DNA from: Betaproteobacteria bacterium
GTDB lineage: Bacteria; Pseudomonadota; Gammaproteobacteria; Burkholderiales; Usitatibacteraceae
DNA: 64,000 bases
Reading direction: 5' to 3'
NCBI GenBank assembly: GCA_043744315.1
Contig: JAYTUX010000320.1
Coordinates: 662-64,661, forward strand
The translations under genes were made by a program, and so were the position numbers. The notes under the pieces were generated by a model. That model did not search any database, was not told the DNA's origin, and worked only from the letters and a program-made list of their open reading frames with translations. Positions 27,437 to 40,023 of the stretch are shown here, in pieces; the stretch's first letter is position 1; each line of letters starts with the position of its first letter.

Positions 27437-27460
27437 TTGGAAAAGTAAGGAAAGACCAAC

Positions 27461-27823
27461 ATGGCACGTATCGCCGGCGTCAATATTCCCAATCATCAAC
27501 ATACCGAAATCGCGCTGACCGCGATCTACGGTATCGGTCGCACCAGCGCGCAGAAAATCTGTGCTGCGGCGGGTGTGAAAACTTCCGCGAAGGTCAAGGA
27601 CCTGACCGACACCGAGATGGACAAACTGCGCGAGCAGATTGCTAAGCTCACCGTCGAAGGTGACCTCCGTCGGGAAATTTCCATGAGCATCAAGCGGCTC
27701 ATGGATCTCGGCTGCTATCGCGGCACGCGCCATCGCAAAGGCTTGCCGTTGCGGGGACAGCGCACCCGCACTAACGCGCGCACCCGCAAGGGCCCGCGCA
27801 AAGCCATTCGCCTGGCCAAGTAA
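27461..27823 (+). CDS. rpsM: 30S ribosomal protein S13
   Basis: [34 protein letters not shown]. Confidence 0.97.
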   Translation: MARIAGVNIPNHQHTEIALTAIYGIGRTSAQKICAAAGVKTSAKVKDLTDTEMDKLREQIAKLTVEGDLRREISMSIKRLMDLGCYRGTRHRKGLPLRGQRTRTNARTRKGPRKAIRLAK

Positions 27824-27854
27824 GTAATAGAAGTTAGAGACGAAGGAAAACAGC

Positions 27855-28250
27855 ATGGTTAAGCCCACCGCCGCGACACGCGTACGCAAGAAGGTCAAGA
27901 AGAATGTGGCCGAAGGTATCGCGCACATTCACGCGTCGTTCAACAATACGATCATTACCATCACCGACCGTCAGGGCAATGCGCTGTCATGGGCAACCTC
28001 GGGCGGTGCAGGCTTTAAGGGTTCACGCAAATCCACGCCGTTCGCGGCGCAGGTTGCCGCTGAAGCCGCAGGCAAAGCTGCGCAGGAATGTGGTGTGAAA
28101 AATCTGGAAGTGCGCATCAAGGGCCCCGGCCCAGGCCGTGAATCGGCAGTGCGTGCATTGAATGCCTTGGGCATCAAAATTTTGTCGATCGCTGACGTGA
28201 CGCCGGTGCCGCACAATGGCTGCCGCCCACCCAAGCGTCGCCGCATGTAA
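27855..28250 (+). CDS. rpsK: 30S ribosomal protein S11
   Basis: [31 protein letters not shown]. Confidence 0.97.
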   Translation: MVKPTAATRVRKKVKKNVAEGIAHIHASFNNTIITITDRQGNALSWATSGGAGFKGSRKSTPFAAQVAAEAAGKAAQECGVKNLEVRIKGPGPGRESAVRALNALGIKILSIADVTPVPHNGCRPPKRRRM

Positions 28251-28269
28251 TCGCCAGGGAGAATAAAAC

Positions 28270-28890
28270 GTGGCACGTTATCTAGGTCCAAAATGCAAGC
28301 TCTCCCGTCGCGAGGGCACCGATCTTTTTCTGAAGAGCGCCCGTCGTCCGCTCGATTCCAAGTGCAAACTGGAATCGCGCCCCGGACAACACGGCGCCAA
28401 GCAAAATCGCGTCTCGGAATACGGCACGCAATTACGCGAGAAACAGAAAATCCGCCGCATGTACGGTGTATTGGAGCGCCAGTTCCGCACCTATTTCGCC
28501 GAGGCCGAGCGCCGCAAAGGTGCGACCGGTGAAAACCTGTTGCAGTTGCTGGAATCACGCCTCGACAACGCCGTCTATCGTATGGGCTTTGGCTCAACGC
28601 GGGCGGAAGCGCGTCAGTTGGTGTCGCATTGCGCGGTTCAGGTGAATGGTAAGTCGGTGAACATTCCGTCATACCTGTTGAAGCCCGCTGATGTGATCAC
28701 GCTGCGTGAAAAGGCGCAGAAGCAATTGCGTGTTCAAGATGCGCTCAAACTCGCCGAAGCCAATGGCTTTCCGAGCTGGGTGGAAGTCGACTCGAAGAAG
28801 TTTTCGGGTGTCTTCAAATCCATGCCGGATCGGGCCGAATTCGCCGCCGACATCAACGAACAACTCGTCGTCGAACTGTATTCCAAGTAA
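28270..28890 (+). CDS. rpsD: 30S ribosomal protein S4
   Basis: GTG start; [23 protein letters not shown]. Confidence 0.97.
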   Translation: MARYLGPKCKLSRREGTDLFLKSARRPLDSKCKLESRPGQHGAKQNRVSEYGTQLREKQKIRRMYGVLERQFRTYFAEAERRKGATGENLLQLLESRLDNAVYRMGFGSTRAEARQLVSHCAVQVNGKSVNIPSYLLKPADVITLREKAQKQLRVQDALKLAEANGFPSWVEVDSKKFSGVFKSMPDRAEFAADINEQLVVELYSK

Positions 28891-28954
28891 TCCGTTTTTC
28901 GGGCGCGCCATGTCTTGCATGGTGCGTCTTCATCTTTCATAGAGGCCTTCGTCA

Positions 28955-29935
28955 ATGCAAAGCAATGCTACGACTTTCCTGAAGCCGCGAATCATCGACG
29001 TGCAAAACATTTCCCCGGCGCATGCCAAGGTTGTGATGGAGCCGTTCGAGCGCGGCTATGGCCATACGCTGGGCAATGCCCTGCGCCGTATTCTGCTGTC
29101 TTCGATGCCGGGATACGCGCCGACCGAAGTCAAAATCGCCGGTGTGCTCCACGAATACTCGACCATTGAGGGCGTCCAGGAGGACGTCGTCGATATTTTG
29201 CTGAACCTGAAAGGTTTGGTGATGAAGTTGCACAATCGCAACGAAGTCACGTTGAAACTGAAAAAAGGCACGGCGGGAGCTGTCACCGGTGCCGATATCG
29301 AGCAGACGCACGATGTCGAAATTCTCAACCCCGACCACGTCATAGCCCATCTCACCAAAGATGGCAAGCTCGACATGCAGATCAAAGTTGAAAAAGGTCG
29401 CGGCTATGTCGCTGCCACGGCGCGCCGTGGTGAGAACGACAATCGCTCGATCGGGTCAATCCTGCTCGATGCATCGTATTCACCGGTTCGCCGCGTCTCA
29501 TATGCGGTAGAGAGTGCGCGCGTTGAGCAACGCACCGATCTCGATCGTCTGGTGATGGATATCGAAACCAACGGTGCAATTGAGCCGGAAGAAGCGGTGC
29601 GTTACGCGGCCCGTGTGTTGGTCGACCAATTGTCCGTATTCGCCGATCTGCAAGGCACGCCGATGCAGACCGAAGAAACCAAGACGCCACAAATCGATCC
29701 GATACTGTTGCAACCAGTCGATGATCTCGAACTCACGGTTCGTTCCGCGAATTGCCTTAAGGCCGAGAATATTTACTACATCGGTGATTTGATACAGCGT
29801 ACCGAAAACGAGTTGTTGAAGACCCCGAACCTGGGTCGCAAATCGCTTAACGAAATCAAGGAAGTGCTCGCCAGCAAAGGCCTTACGCTCGGCATGAAGC
29901 TGGAGAACTGGCCAGCGGCTGGCGTAACAAAATGA
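28955..29935 (+). CDS. rpoA: DNA-directed RNA polymerase subunit alpha
   Basis: [47 protein letters not shown]-terminal domain [22 protein letters not shown]. Confidence 0.97.
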   Translation: MQSNATTFLKPRIIDVQNISPAHAKVVMEPFERGYGHTLGNALRRILLSSMPGYAPTEVKIAGVLHEYSTIEGVQEDVVDILLNLKGLVMKLHNRNEVTLKLKKGTAGAVTGADIEQTHDVEILNPDHVIAHLTKDGKLDMQIKVEKGRGYVAATARRGENDNRSIGSILLDASYSPVRRVSYAVESARVEQRTDLDRLVMDIETNGAIEPEEAVRYAARVLVDQLSVFADLQGTPMQTEETKTPQIDPILLQPVDDLELTVRSANCLKAENIYYIGDLIQRTENELLKTPNLGRKSLNEIKEVLASKGLTLGMKLENWPAAGVTK

Positions 29936-29973
29936 CACGGTGAAAACCGTGTCATCCCCGTGAAGATGGGGAT
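29934..29973 (+). other. two back-to-back small hairpins in the rpoA-rplQ spacer (possible RNA processing/attenuation structure)
   Basis: gacacgg tgaaaa ccgtgtc (29934-29953) and atcccc gtgaagat ggggat (29954-29973). Confidence 0.35.
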
Positions 29974-30064
29974 CAACGCATTATGTTTTTCAAAACCATA
30001 ACGATAACAAGGCCGGCCTGAATTCCTTCAAGCAAAACGGCCAAGAGACCAAAAGGAAATAACC

Positions 30065-30463
30065 ATGAAACATCGTCACGGATTAAAGAAGTTAAACAAA
30101 ACCTCGTCGCATCGACTGGCCATGTTCCGCAACATGACCAATTCGCTGCTGAAACACGAAGTCATCAAGACCACCTTGCCGAAAGCGAAAGCCTTGCGCA
30201 AAGTGTTCGAACCGATCATTACGCTTGGCAAAGAACCGACGCTGGCCAATCGCCGCCTCGCCTTCAACCGCCTGCGCGATCGCGACATGGTCACCAAGCT
30301 GTTCGATGAACTGGGCCCACGTTACAAAGCCCGCGCCGGCGGCTACATGCGCATCCTGAAGTTTGGCTTCCGCGTCGGCGATAACGCGCCGATGGCGTTG
30401 GTAGAATTGGTGGATCGTCCGGAAGTGACCGAAGCACCGAAGGTCGAAACCACAGGCGAGTAG
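30065..30463 (+). CDS. rplQ: 50S ribosomal protein L17
   Basis: [45 protein letters not shown]. Confidence 0.97.
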   Translation: MKHRHGLKKLNKTSSHRLAMFRNMTNSLLKHEVIKTTLPKAKALRKVFEPIITLGKEPTLANRRLAFNRLRDRDMVTKLFDELGPRYKARAGGYMRILKFGFRVGDNAPMALVELVDRPEVTEAPKVETTGE

Positions 30464-30488
30464 GATTTTCAATGCCACTAGAAAAAAT

Positions 30489-30513
30489 GCCGGGCCCGCC
30501 CGGTATTTTTTTT
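30489..30513 (+). terminator. rho-independent terminator of the alpha operon
   Basis: gccggg cccg cccggt hairpin followed by attttttttt. Confidence 0.75.
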
Positions 30514-30730
30514 CGCCAATGCCTTTCTGGGTACTTGAACCGCAGGATGTAACGGTGGTCGAATCAAACCGACGCTTCGAACTTTCCTTGGACTACTTGC
30601 ACGCAAATGCAATGCTGCAGACAAACCAATGCGCACCGATGCCGTGTCCCAGGCAACATGTTTCACCGAACAACGTGGATGCCGATGAAACAGACCAAGC
30701 GAATGTACGCTTGATTTGTTATATCCAGCA

Positions 30731-31780
30731 ATGAAAACTAACAAGACCACCCGGAAGCCTGCGGGGCGCGATTCGCGCACGAAGAGCACGAGAGTAACGT
30801 TGGAAATGGTCGCGTCAGCATGCAACGTGTCGCCAAGCACGGTGTCGCGCATACTAAATGGCACGGCGGTCGTCAGTCCGAAAAAACGCGAGGCTGTAGA
30901 TCGTGCGATTGCTGCGCTGGGCTTTGTTCCGAATCCTGTAGCACGTGGCCTTGCTGGGGGCCGTACCTTGAGCGTGGGTGTTGTGACGCAGGCAATCGAC
31001 AGCCCGTTCTACGGAGTTGCTCTTCGCGGTATTGAAGGGGAGTTGAGCAAGGCCGGATATAGCCCACTCTTTGTCAGCGGCCATTGGAACGCGATCGAGG
31101 AGAAACGGTGTATTGACGTACTGCTTTCGCGGAGGGTGGACGGTCTAATCGTTTTGACAGGCCGACTCAGTGATAGCGCCCTGCGGATTATCGCGGAAAA
31201 AACGCCGGTCGTCGTGACGGGTCGGAGCCTGAAAGTGCCAAGTCTGTATTCATTGGACTTTAACAATTTCCTAGGTGCCAAACTTGCTACTCATCATTTG
31301 TTGACTCTCGGGCACCGCCAGATCGCCTTTATTGCCGGAGACCCGAAACATCCAGATGCAAATGAACGATTGCGCGGATATCGCGCAGCGTTGAAGGCCG
31401 CAGGCGTGGCATTCAACCCGGCACTGGTTTTGCCTGGCAGCTATCTCGAGGAAAGCGGCCTCATTGCCGTCGAACGCCTTTTGGACAGCCGTGAGCCGTT
31501 CACGGCCATCTTCGCGGCCAACGACCAGATGGCATTTGGAGCAGCGCTAGCCCTGTATCGCCGGGGCCTGCATGTGCCTGATGATATTTCATTGGTCGGA
31601 TTTGACGACCAGCCAGGTGCCGCGCATTCGATCCCGCCGCTTACCAGTATTCACCAAGGACCGTTCGAACTTGGCCAGGTAGCGGCTGTCTCGTTGCTGC
31701 AACTGCTCGCTGGGAAAGAACCGGCAGGGAATCTGTCCGAGCCACGCCTCGTGATCCGCAGTTCGACGCGCGCACTTTAA
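30731..31780 (+). CDS. LacI family transcriptional regulator (likely repressor of the adjacent beta-glucan locus)
   Basis: HTH VTLEMVASACNVSPSTVSRILNG plus a PBP-type effector domain. ATG at 30731. Confidence 0.85.
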   Translation: MKTNKTTRKPAGRDSRTKSTRVTLEMVASACNVSPSTVSRILNGTAVVSPKKREAVDRAIAALGFVPNPVARGLAGGRTLSVGVVTQAIDSPFYGVALRGIEGELSKAGYSPLFVSGHWNAIEEKRCIDVLLSRRVDGLIVLTGRLSDSALRIIAEKTPVVVTGRSLKVPSLYSLDFNNFLGAKLATHHLLTLGHRQIAFIAGDPKHPDANERLRGYRAALKAAGVAFNPALVLPGSYLEESGLIAVERLLDSREPFTAIFAANDQMAFGAALALYRRGLHVPDDISLVGFDDQPGAAHSIPPLTSIHQGPFELGQVAAVSLLQLLAGKEPAGNLSEPRLVIRSSTRAL

Positions 31781-31862
31781 GCGGCCTTAGTCGATTTATT
31801 TCGTGTCGGGAAAATCCGACATGGGCGTTCTTCAAAAGCGAACCTTACGGGTCAAGTTCGAA

Positions 31863-33584
31863 TCACCTGGCCCAGTGAATGCCATCGATGGTGATGTGGT
31901 TTTCCACGGGAGTTCCCGCTGTCGCGCCTGTCGCTGGATGGCGACCAGAGATGACGAACGGACTCGTGACGCGCATAAGGTCGATGCGGCTCAGCCCGAC
32001 CTTCTCCTTGCCGGCGACATACCAACGGATTGTGTCGACGGGAATCGACACGTCATGCCATGCCCCATCGTTGACGTAACCGTATTCGCCGCTGACTAAG
32101 GGCATGTTTGCCGCTAGAGCGCTGCCTTCGGTGGTGCTGCCCACCAGGAACCCGATTTCCAGCGGGTCGGGCGTGGTGGTCCGGATACGGAAATTCAGGG
32201 TTCCGGCGGCGAATGCTGAAAGATCGTCGGCTTGGTTGTTCGGTACTGGAAGGTTGATGCCCCAACCGCGACTTGCCGGGCGGGGAGAAATTTCGATGCC
32301 GGTACCGCCTTTGCTGCGACGGATGGAGGCACTGCCTTCGCGGATTTTCCAGGAATCGAGCACGAGCCGCACTTTGCCCGGTGAAGAGGTGCCGGCAAGC
32401 AACGTGTAGCGCCGCGCCGAGACGAACGCGCGGATGGCGATTGGTGTCACGTAAGTGGCATCGGCCAGTGTGTAGGAGCCGGGTTCCCATACGGCGCGCG
32501 GGTATAGGTCCTGCACCACGTAGCGCGCCTCCCGCTTTACATTGAACAGACCCCACTTGTCGTCGGCCTCTTTCCAGGGCTCGTCGAACGCTTCGAAATA
32601 GAAGATCGAGCGGGGACCGTCTCCTGAGGCTTGCCACACATTCATCCGGTCGACATACATCTTTTGATTCACCGGGTGCGCACGAAAGGGCACCATGGCC
32701 GGGTCGGCCTGCCAGCCGGTCTCGCCGATCACGATCGGCATCGCCGTCAGGCCCAGCGAATCCATGTGCGACCGCACCGCGGTGTACTCGAACTTGGCCC
32801 GCGCGAAGGCCGCATCCACCATTGCAGCCGCACGCTGTTTCGGGGGCACCGCGGCCTGGCGCCAATCCCAAAGATCAGGGCTATAGACCGAGTCCAGCAC
32901 AGGGTAGGTGTGCATGGCGACGAAGTCTATGCTGGCGAGAATCGGGGCTGGATCCTGTTCGACACGCCGGTTCCAGGCAAAGAACGCCCAGTTGTCGTCG
33001 GTGGTCACCGGCTGGTTGACGGCTTTGCGCACTTTGTCGATGTAGTCCTTCATCGCGAGCGTGTTGAAGTGGTTGAAGGACCATGTCACCATCGTCTCAT
33101 TGCCGACGCTGACGGCCACCACGATGTCCTCATATTCATGGGCCAGCGCAATGCCGCGAGCCAACTCGGCGTCGTTGGCCGTGGGAGCATCGTGATGCAC
33201 GTAGATGCCAAGCATTACCTTGATGTCAAGACCGTGTTCACGGATAACCTGCAGTGTCAGCCGGGCGACCTTGTCTGAACTGTCGAACAGGCGAATCAAG
33301 GTAAAACGCCCGGCGAGAAGCAGATCGAGATCCTGCTTGATCATCGCCGCAGTGATGGCCTCGTTGTCGCGGTCCGCTACGTTTTTTGCGGTGCGGAAAG
33401 GTGAGTAGGACACCGCCTTGCGCAAACCGAAATCAGCCGGCAACGGCCGCAGACTGGACGCGTTGCCTAGGTCAGCGTGCGCGAGCAATGCGGTAGTGAC
33501 CACGCTGATAAACAATATCGCCTTTGCACATGCCGACAGCAATCGCCGGATACCAAACGGCAGAGGCGAACAGAAGCGGAGCAC
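31863..33584 (-). CDS. secreted GH17-like beta-1,3-glucanase with C-terminal beta-sandwich (CBM-like) region
   Basis: Clan GH-A motifs VSVGNETMV (acid/base Glu) and IVIGETGWQ (nucleophile, GH17-like ETGW). Signal peptide ...AKAILFISVVTTALLAHA. GTG 33584 is chosen to avoid overlap with the GH16 gene; the track ORF extends to 33695. Confidence 0.65.
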   Translation of the reverse strand: MLRFCSPLPFGIRRLLSACAKAILFISVVTTALLAHADLGNASSLRPLPADFGLRKAVSYSPFRTAKNVADRDNEAITAAMIKQDLDLLLAGRFTLIRLFDSSDKVARLTLQVIREHGLDIKVMLGIYVHHDAPTANDAELARGIALAHEYEDIVVAVSVGNETMVTWSFNHFNTLAMKDYIDKVRKAVNQPVTTDDNWAFFAWNRRVEQDPAPILASIDFVAMHTYPVLDSVYSPDLWDWRQAAVPPKQRAAAMVDAAFARAKFEYTAVRSHMDSLGLTAMPIVIGETGWQADPAMVPFRAHPVNQKMYVDRMNVWQASGDGPRSIFYFEAFDEPWKEADDKWGLFNVKREARYVVQDLYPRAVWEPGSYTLADATYVTPIAIRAFVSARRYTLLAGTSSPGKVRLVLDSWKIREGSASIRRSKGGTGIEISPRPASRGWGINLPVPNNQADDLSAFAAGTLNFRIRTTTPDPLEIGFLVGSTTEGSALAANMPLVSGEYGYVNDGAWHDVSIPVDTIRWYVAGKEKVGLSRIDLMRVTSPFVISGRHPATGATAGTPVENHITIDGIHWAR

Positions 33585-33615
33585 GATGCGCGGCGACGGT
33601 AATCGGAAGAAGCGA

Positions 33616-34467
33616 CTACTTGCTGCGCTGGTAGACGCGCACATAGTCGATCTCCATCGAGACTGGAAAGATCTGTTCGTCAACCGCACCGCCATGGTGG
33701 CCCCCGACGGCGATGTTGAGGATCAAAAACTGTGGCTTGTCAAAAGGCCATTGTTCGGGTCCGCTGCGCAGATTCTTGTATTCGAAGTGTGCCATACCAT
33801 CAACACCAAAACGGACGCGATCAGCGGTCCAGTGCATCTGGTAAGTGTGGAAGGCGTTGCACGCATCGGGGACCTTTACGGCGTCACCGGCACCTTTGGC
33901 GTCGTAGCCGCCTGCTGTGTGTACCGTGCTGTACACCCGCCCCGGGTCGCGGCCAACGTGCTCCATTATGTCTAGCTCGCCACCGGCAGGCCAGACGCCC
34001 GCTGTGTTCAGCGTCCAGATCGCGGGCCAAGTGCCTTTGCCACAAGGGAGCTTTGCGCGGACCTCAAAGAAGCCATAGGTCCAGTCGCGCTTGCCTCGCG
34101 TGATAAGGCGTGACGAGGTGTAGTTTTGACCACCCCAGTCAGGCGCTTTCGACAACGATTCCTTGCGCGTGTGAATTGTCAGTCGGCCACCCTGAACAAA
34201 CGCGTTTTCCTTGCGTGGCCCTGAGTAGTATTGCAGCTCCTTGTTATGCCAGCCTGCTTTGTTTAATTCCGTGTCATGTGCCCACTTGGTGGGGTCGGGC
34301 AGGCCTTCGGTGTCGAATTCGTCAGCCCAGACCAGGCGATAGCCGGCGGGCAACTGAAGGGGTATTCCGCCGACCGTGTGTGATGACGCCCCCGTCGCCA
34401 GTGCGCTAGCGGCAAATGCTGCATGGTAGCCAAAGGTGATCAACTGTTTGGTGTGACGTGATCGCAT
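33616..34467 (-). CDS. secreted GH16 family beta-1,3(-1,4)-glucanase (laminarinase-like)
   Basis: Catalytic motif GGELDIMEH (ExDxxE). WADEFD and the WPAIW context are typical of GH16. Confidence 0.8.
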   Translation of the reverse strand: MRSRHTKQLITFGYHAAFAASALATGASSHTVGGIPLQLPAGYRLVWADEFDTEGLPDPTKWAHDTELNKAGWHNKELQYYSGPRKENAFVQGGRLTIHTRKESLSKAPDWGGQNYTSSRLITRGKRDWTYGFFEVRAKLPCGKGTWPAIWTLNTAGVWPAGGELDIMEHVGRDPGRVYSTVHTAGGYDAKGAGDAVKVPDACNAFHTYQMHWTADRVRFGVDGMAHFEYKNLRSGPEQWPFDKPQFLILNIAVGGHHGGAVDEQIFPVSMEIDYVRVYQRSK

Positions 34468-34479
34468 CGTCTGACCCGT

Positions 34480-35535
<1,056 letters not shown>

Positions 35536-35536
35536 C

Positions 35537-36889
35537 TCAGTCTCCTTGAGCTGCTCGTTTGGCAGGCCGCCGGGCCAGGAAATCGCGGTACCAGTGCGCG
35601 CTGTCTTTCAGCGTGCGTTGCTGGGTCGCGTAGTTGACATGCACGATGCCGAATCGTTTGGCATAGCCGCTGGACCACTCGAAGTTGTCCATCAGACTCC
35701 ATACCATGTAGCCCGCCATCGGCACGCCCTGCCGTAGCGCGTCGGCCACGGCCGCAATATGCGATTGCAGGTAATCGATGCGGTCGCCGTCATGCACCTG
35801 GCCGTCGACGAGCGTGTCCTTGAAGGCGCCGCCGTTCTCGGTGATGTAGACCGGCGGCAAGCGGTACTCGCGATGCAGGGTCAGCAGCAGCGCCGTCAAT
35901 CCGCGAGGATAGATTTCCCATCCCATCTCGGTTCGCGCCAATCCGCTCTTGCTGGCGTCGAACGAGCCGTCCGCACTCGAAACCATGCGAAAGTAATAAT
36001 TGACCCCCAGATAGTCCATTGGCGTAGCGATGGCGGCCATGTCGCCAGCTTCGATATGCGGTGCGTCCGCGCCAAGTTCGTCGAGCACTTCCTGCGGATA
36101 GCTGCCTTTGAACAAAGGGTCGGTGTACCAGCGCCGCCCGCGCGCGTCGTCGAGTTGGGCCTTGGCCAGGTCGGCAGCGGAAGCGGTGGCAGGTTCGACA
36201 TGCGCCAGATTGATGACGATGCCCAGCGGTGCGCGACAACCGTCCGCGCGCAGCGCCTGAACCGCCAGGCCGTGGCTCAGCAGTAGATGGTGCGAGACCT
36301 GAATGGCAATCTTCCGATCCTTGATGCCGGGCGCAAAATTGCCGTGCTCGTGTCCGAGTACCGCAACCACCTGCGGCTCGTTGTGGGTGGCGATCGCGGC
36401 GACGCGATCCCCCAGCCGACGTTGTACGCCGCGCGCGAAGTCGACGAATCGATGCACCGTTTCGCGCGCGTCCCAGCCACCCCTTTCCTGCAGTGCCTGC
36501 GGCAGGTCCCAGTGGTTAAGCGTCAGGTAAGGTTGCACACCGCGCGCGAGCAAGCCGTCAACCAGCTGCTCGTAGAACGCCAGCCCGCGCTCGTTCCAGG
36601 CACCGGCACCAACGGGTTGCACACGCGGCCACGACACCGAGAAACGGTAGGCATCGACGCCCAGCGACGCGATCAGGTCGAGATCACTGCCGAGGCGGTG
36701 GTAGTGGTCGCAGGCCACATCGCCGTTGCTTGCGTCGGCGATGGCGCCGGGTTGACGGCAAAAGCGGTCCCAGATCGATTCACCCTTGCCATCCTCGCCG
36801 GCGGCGCCTTCTATCTGGAATGCGCTGGTGGCGACGCCCCAGACGAAATCGGGCGGAAATTGGCGGCGCAGGTTGTTGTTGTCGGGCAT
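35537..36889 (-). CDS. GH1 beta-glucosidase (cytoplasmic)
   Basis: [18 protein letters not shown], acid/base THNEP, nucleophile YITENG. Confidence 0.9.
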   Translation of the reverse strand: MPDNNNLRRQFPPDFVWGVATSAFQIEGAAGEDGKGESIWDRFCRQPGAIADASNGDVACDHYHRLGSDLDLIASLGVDAYRFSVSWPRVQPVGAGAWNERGLAFYEQLVDGLLARGVQPYLTLNHWDLPQALQERGGWDARETVHRFVDFARGVQRRLGDRVAAIATHNEPQVVAVLGHEHGNFAPGIKDRKIAIQVSHHLLLSHGLAVQALRADGCRAPLGIVINLAHVEPATASAADLAKAQLDDARGRRWYTDPLFKGSYPQEVLDELGADAPHIEAGDMAAIATPMDYLGVNYYFRMVSSADGSFDASKSGLARTEMGWEIYPRGLTALLLTLHREYRLPPVYITENGGAFKDTLVDGQVHDGDRIDYLQSHIAAVADALRQGVPMAGYMVWSLMDNFEWSSGYAKRFGIVHVNYATQQRTLKDSAHWYRDFLARRPAKRAAQGD

Positions 36890-36910
36890 GGCTGGTTCAA
36901 TAACTGGAAT

Positions 36911-37747
36911 TCACTTGACGGCACCAGCGGTCAGGCCGGCGATGAGCTGCCGCGACGAGAAGGCGAACAGGACCAGCAGCGGAATGGTGGCGATGGCCGA
37001 GCCGGCCATCAACGCACCCCACTCGGTGTTGACCGGGCTCTGCAGGCTGCGCAGTGCCAGCGGCAACGTGTAATTTTCGATACTGCGCATGACGATCAGC
37101 GGGCCGATGAAGTTGTTCCACGACGAAATGAAAGTGATCAGCCCAAGTGTGCCAAGCGCAGGCTTGAGCAGCGGCAGCACAATGCGCCAGTAGATGGCGA
37201 ACTCTCCGCAGCCGTCCATGCGGGCGGCCTCGATCAATTCCTTCGGCACTGCGGTCGACGCGAACTGGCGCATCAGGAAGATACCGAACGCGCTGGCCGC
37301 ACCCGGGATGTAGAGCGCGCGCTGCTCGTCAATCCAGCCCAGCGCATCCATGATCATGAAGGTGGGAATCATGCTCATGAACGAAGGCAGCAACATGGTG
37401 GCCATGACAAGCGTGAATAGCGCGTTCTTGAAACGGAACTCCATCAGCGCAAAAGCATAGCCACCCATGGAACAAAACAGTAACGTGAGCGCCGTGGATG
37501 CCAGGGCCACATACACGCTCCACCCCAGATTGCGCCAGAAAGGCAGGCGCTCGGTCAGGATATTGAGGTTGGTGATCAGGTCATCACCAAACCAGAGCGG
37601 CGGGGGCAGGTTGAAGATTTCGGTGCGGGAATGCGTGGCAAACACGAACATGAAGTAGAACGGCGCGAGCATGATCAGCGCGCCGATGGCGACGATGCCG
37701 TACGCGGCCCAGCGCGTTACACGGCCATCGTGATGGTTTGCACTCAT
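36911..37747 (-). CDS. carbohydrate ABC transporter permease (MalG-like)
   Basis: 6-TM permease with an EAA-like loop (ELIEAARMDGCGEFAIYWRIVLP). ATG at 37747 overlaps the upstream stop (ATGA). Confidence 0.85.
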   Translation of the reverse strand: MSANHHDGRVTRWAAYGIVAIGALIMLAPFYFMFVFATHSRTEIFNLPPPLWFGDDLITNLNILTERLPFWRNLGWSVYVALASTALTLLFCSMGGYAFALMEFRFKNALFTLVMATMLLPSFMSMIPTFMIMDALGWIDEQRALYIPGAASAFGIFLMRQFASTAVPKELIEAARMDGCGEFAIYWRIVLPLLKPALGTLGLITFISSWNNFIGPLIVMRSIENYTLPLALRSLQSPVNTEWGALMAGSAIATIPLLVLFAFSSRQLIAGLTAGAVK

Positions 37748-38652
37748 GCTGCGGGCCCGCGCGGCCGAAAGGCCCGGTTGGTGAGCCAGGTCATCAATGC
37801 CACCACCACGAACAGCAGCCAGGACATCGCACTGGCACCGCCGAAGTCGTTGAAGTCGAAGGCCATCCGGTACAGGTACACCGCCGAGGTCATCGCTGAT
37901 TGGTCGATGCCGCCCTTGCCGCCGGTGAGGATGAAGGGTTCCTCGAACAGTTGCAGGCCGCCGATGACGCTGAGCATGATGCCGAAGAAGATCATCGGCT
38001 TCAGGCTCGGCAGGGTGATGTGGAAAAACTGCTGAAGCCAACTGGCGCCGTCCATCGTTGCAGCTTCATAGAGATCCTTCGGGATCGTCTGCAACGCGGC
38101 AAGATAGAGCACCATGTTGAAGCCCAGATAGCGCCAGAACACGATGAAGGCGATCGCGGGCTTGATGTTTTCAGCCTTGCCCAGCCAGTCGATGTTTTCA
38201 ATGCCGAACAGCGAGTACAGGCCGGCGTTGACCAGGCCGAAGTCCTTGGAGAACAGCGAACTGAACATGATCGCGATTGCCACCGTCGAGGTGATATAGG
38301 GCAGGAAGTAAGCGCCGATCACGCCGTCGCGCAGTCGCTTGAACGAGTTGTGGATGAACACGGCCAGAGGAATCGCCACCAAGTGCTGCGGTACGCCGGT
38401 GGCAATGGCGAGCCAGGCGGTGTTTTTCAGCGACTTCCAGAACCACTCATCCTCAAGTGCGAACGCGAAATTCGCCAGGCCCACGTAGTCCATCGCATTG
38501 AGTCCGCTCGTCGGCTCCCAGGACTGGAAGGCGAGGTAGAGCGAAAACAGCAGTGGAAACACGCCGAAGACCGCGAACAGCACCACGAAGGGGCTGATGA
38601 AGACATACGGTGCCCAGCGTGGCGAAAGTCGCAGGAAGGCAGGCAGGCGCAT
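37744..38652 (-). CDS. carbohydrate ABC transporter permease (MalF-like)
   Basis: Permease with DLYEAATMDGASWLQQFFHITLP. ATG at 38652 (MRLPAFLRLSPRW). Confidence 0.85.
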   Translation of the reverse strand: MRLPAFLRLSPRWAPYVFISPFVVLFAVFGVFPLLFSLYLAFQSWEPTSGLNAMDYVGLANFAFALEDEWFWKSLKNTAWLAIATGVPQHLVAIPLAVFIHNSFKRLRDGVIGAYFLPYITSTVAIAIMFSSLFSKDFGLVNAGLYSLFGIENIDWLGKAENIKPAIAFIVFWRYLGFNMVLYLAALQTIPKDLYEAATMDGASWLQQFFHITLPSLKPMIFFGIMLSVIGGLQLFEEPFILTGGKGGIDQSAMTSAVYLYRMAFDFNDFGGASAMSWLLFVVVALMTWLTNRAFRPRGPAA

Positions 38653-38654
38653 GG

Positions 38655-39926
38655 TCAACGATTGGCGCGGCGCGCGAGCAGTCGCTCGGCATCGGCCAGC
38701 GCGCGGCCGATGTCCTTGCCGTGGTCGAGCACGTTGTCGAGTTCGGTGCCGATCACCTCGTCGGCGAAGTTGGTCTGTTTGTGGACCTGCGTTGCGGTGA
38801 TTTTGCGCGCCGCATCGCGCCACAGCAGACGCGCGAGTTGCCCGCCGAGGAATGGCAGCGGCTGCGCGAAGAATGGATCATCGAAGGTGTCGAGCAATGC
38901 CGGAAAAGCGTCCTGCGACTTGAATGCCGCGAATTGCAGGTCGCGATCCAGCGTCAGCATCTGGATAAGTTCCCAGGCAAGTACCTTGTTCTCCGGCGCG
39001 GCACGGCGCGGGATGGCGTAGTAACTGCCGCCATAACCAACGAATGTGCTTTCGGGCAGCTGCGCGGCGCGCCACTGCCCTTTGGTGCTTGGCGCGACCC
39101 AGTTGGCCATTTGCCCGACCATCCAGGCGCCGGAGAGATCGGTCGCCAGCGTGCCGCGGCGAAAGCCCTCCGCCCACTCGTTGGACCAGGCGGTGACGCG
39201 GGCATCAAGCTTGTGGCGGCGCACCTTGCGCGCCAGCTCGAAGGCACGCACAAAGCGCGGCGAATTGACCAGCACTCGCGACTCCTGGTCGAAGTAGAGT
39301 CCTTCTCCCGGCCGCAGGCCACTGCGGATGACGATGTCCTTCACCACTTGTGCGTTCGAAATCAGGTAAGCACCGGTTACCGCCTTGAGCTTGATGCCCG
39401 CTTCGACGTATGCTTCCCACGAAGGCGTCAGGTCAGCCTCGCCTAGGCCGGCTTTCTTGAACAGGTCGGCGCGGTAAAGCAGCGTGCCGGGGCCGATGTC
39501 GGTGGGCATTGCCACCATGGCACCACGGCGGTTGACTGCCTGGTCATAGGCGTACGGGACAACTCGCGAGCGGAAACGGTCGATGCGATACGGTTCCTGC
39601 GCAAGGTCTTCAAGCCCGCCACCTTGCGAGAATCGGCCAACGTAACTCGACTCCAGGGCCATCACGTCAGGAAGGTATACCGACGTCGAGAGCGCAGTGG
39701 TCATTGCTGTGTGGTGGTCCGCGTACTGGCGGCTCACGATCTGGATGTCGATGTCGGGGTGCTTGCGTTGCCACATGGGCAGCGCCGCCTTGAGGATTTC
39801 GTCCAGCAGCGGAAACGCGGCTACCGTGAGTTTGCGGCGTCCAGCGGCGCGCACGGGCAACATAGCCGCTAGTCCTGCGGCGAGAAACGTCCGTCGGCAT
39901 TGCCGCACGGGAGTCAAATACGTCAT
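38655..39926 (-). CDS. extracellular solute-binding protein, family 1 (oligosaccharide-binding)
   Basis: ATG at 39926. Signal peptide with twin Arg MTYLTPVRQCRRTFLAAGLAAMLPVRAAG. Family 1 substrate-binding protein length and composition. Confidence 0.75.
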   Translation of the reverse strand: MTYLTPVRQCRRTFLAAGLAAMLPVRAAGRRKLTVAAFPLLDEILKAALPMWQRKHPDIDIQIVSRQYADHHTAMTTALSTSVYLPDVMALESSYVGRFSQGGGLEDLAQEPYRIDRFRSRVVPYAYDQAVNRRGAMVAMPTDIGPGTLLYRADLFKKAGLGEADLTPSWEAYVEAGIKLKAVTGAYLISNAQVVKDIVIRSGLRPGEGLYFDQESRVLVNSPRFVRAFELARKVRRHKLDARVTAWSNEWAEGFRRGTLATDLSGAWMVGQMANWVAPSTKGQWRAAQLPESTFVGYGGSYYAIPRRAAPENKVLAWELIQMLTLDRDLQFAAFKSQDAFPALLDTFDDPFFAQPLPFLGGQLARLLWRDAARKITATQVHKQTNFADEVIGTELDNVLDHGKDIGRALADAERLLARRANR

Positions 39927-40023
39927 GCTCTTGCCCCGCGACTGCGGGCATGCCGCACCTGTATGGGTGTGTTCGGAATTGCCGACGCCATGGCAGACCG
40001 ATTTGAGGTTCGTCCGCAGCGCA